Shown one piece after another: positions 60,836 through 62,118 of a stretch of DNA of 62,118 bases. The DNA lies in NCBI GenBank assembly GCA_036525335.1, contig DATDAP010000697.1, positions 1 through 62,118 on the forward strand, written 5' to 3'. The translations under genes were made by a program, and so were the position numbers. The notes below the pieces were generated by a model. That model saw only the letters and a program-made list of their open reading frames with translations. It made no database searches and was not told the origin of the DNA. The DNA is from Microlunatus sp. GTDB lineage: Bacteria > Actinomycetota > Actinomycetes > Propionibacteriales > Propionibacteriaceae. Numbering within the stretch: the stretch's first letter is position 1; each line of letters begins with the position of its first letter.

Positions 60836-61221
60836 GACGATTCGTGCTCGACAACAGCCTGACGTTGTTCTTCGTCGTGATCTTGCTGCTGGCTCTGTTC
60901 GGTCAGTCAGTCGCCGGGCTGGCCGCGCTCAACTCTGAGCAGATCGCCGCTGGTCTGCCCGTGCTGACCTACGGCCGCTATCTGACCAGCTCCAGCTTCG
61001 CCGTGGACGTCGCCGAGAACTGGCAGTCGGAGTTCCTCCAGTTCACGTTGTACGTCCTGGCGACCGTCTATCTCGTGCAACGAGGTTCGAGCGAGTCGAA
61101 GGAGCCGCAGAAGGCGGGTCCGGAATCGGATGAGGATCAAAAGGTGGCCGAGTACGCCGGCCCGGATTCCCCGGCGTGGGCGATTGGCAACGACTGCAGA
61201 GAAGCGGAAGTATTCCCGTGA
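60832..61221 (+). pseudogene. DUF6766-like membrane protein, probably C-terminally truncated
   Basis: ENWQSEFLQ and QRGSSESK motifs; ends after SPAWA without the second repeat. Confidence 0.7.
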
Positions 61222-61275
61222 CGGCCCACGTCTCGGCTGGGCGGGTCGGGCTTGCCGATGCCACCCAGCCTCAGC

Positions 61276-61732
61276 TCAGAGCACGATGTGCTGCCGACCG
61301 TCGAGCAGCTCACGGACCGCGTCCAGATGGCCGGCATGCGTGGCGGTCTCGATGATCACGTGCAGGATCACCGAGCGGAGGTCGGGAAACCGCAATCCGG
61401 CCCTCGACCACCAGTCTTCGGGCCGCGCCGGCGGGGCGTCGAGTGACAGCGTCGCGCTGATCGCATCCAAGGCGTCGATTGCGTCCCGGTAAGCAGCCAG
61501 CACACTGTCGGTCTCCTCTTCAGCGCTCACCAGCCAGTCCGCATCGGGGCCGTCGGGCCAGTAACCCAGGTCGCCGCCCGCGATCACGGTCTCGGACCAG
61601 TCCGAGGCAGGTCCAGCCGGAAGGGAGCACGGCGCGGCGAAGATCATCGTCCGACAGTCCCTCCAGCTGTCCGAGGATGTGATGCCGGCGGCCGTCAAGG
61701 CGCTCCAACAGAAGCTCTCGTTCCCAGCTCAT
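61276..61732 (-). pseudogene. DinB/DUF664 family gene with a frameshifting deletion near 61590
   Basis: PSGWTCLGLVR in one frame; HVIIETATHAGHLDAVRE in another. Confidence 0.75.
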
Positions 61733-61829
61733 GGCTGTCATCCTCACAGAAGGCAGCGCGACATCGCCTGCCGTTCCTTCCAACGCCGACAATCGGGCCT
61801 GACCCCGCGCAGCGGAGGCGCGCCATAGT

Positions 61830-62118
61830 TCAGCGGACTCCTTGGGCGCCGCTCTGAAGAACCCAACGGACTGGATGGTCCGAGTCGGACTCGTAGCAGC
61901 ATTCCAGACCCGTCCGGACCCGGTCCCGCAGGAGTCGGCCCAGCCACGGATCTGCTTCCGCTATCCGGGCCATCGCGGCAACGATCGCCTTCCGTACGGC
62001 GACCCGCGCTCGTTCGTCGTGGGAACCGGTGTACCGGCTGCGGCCTGCTCGTCCCGTGGCGCTGGCGAGGTAAGCGGTGATCGCGTCTCGTTCCTCGCGC
62101 AGGTCGACCCGGTCTGCG
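61830..62118 (-). CDS. 3' end of a large transcriptional regulator/ATPase (partial)
   Basis: Manual translation ...ERARVAVRKAI...LRDRVRTGLECCYESD... Confidence 0.65.
   Translation of the reverse strand, partial: ADRVDLREERDAITAYLASATGRAGRSRYTGSHDERARVAVRKAIVAAMARIAEADPWLGRLLRDRVRTGLECCYESDSDHPVRWVLQSGAQGVR

Overview
High-GC actinobacterial chromosomal segment; the protein families suggest Propionibacteriales (Microlunatus/Friedmanniella-like), which is inference. No rRNA, tRNA or CRISPR array was seen. The left part (1-27 kb) is a patchwork of accessory genes: a LexA-boxed DUF222/HNH gene start, an IS481 relic, a cmtR-CDF metal cassette, a pseudo-receiver/PIG-L fusion, surface proteins, S8 protease, GH78, GH16, a BVMO-esterase pair, a hydrolase-LuxR module, Mn catalase and VOC proteins. 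The right part (27-62 kb) is a SigB/SigF-type general-stress island: sigma factor, katE, csbD, TreS-like GH13, DUF72, LLM, SDR, CHAD, two ANTAR proteins, DUF3140, DUF2243-CtaG and an atypical NRAMP operon. About 8 recognisable GTTT-N15/16-GGGTA promoters lie in it. The window also holds a 166-bp CTAG-bounded palindromic MITE-like element and roughly 16 gene relics. The best candidates for undescribed systems are the lipoprotein-NRAMP(DIGD/TPY)-2xPRC operon, the 27.9-29.6 kb two-gene unknown operon, the lipoprotein/27-aa peptide/DUF6766 operon and the catalytically dead hydrolase-LuxR regulon. All family calls come from motif recognition only; no searches were run.
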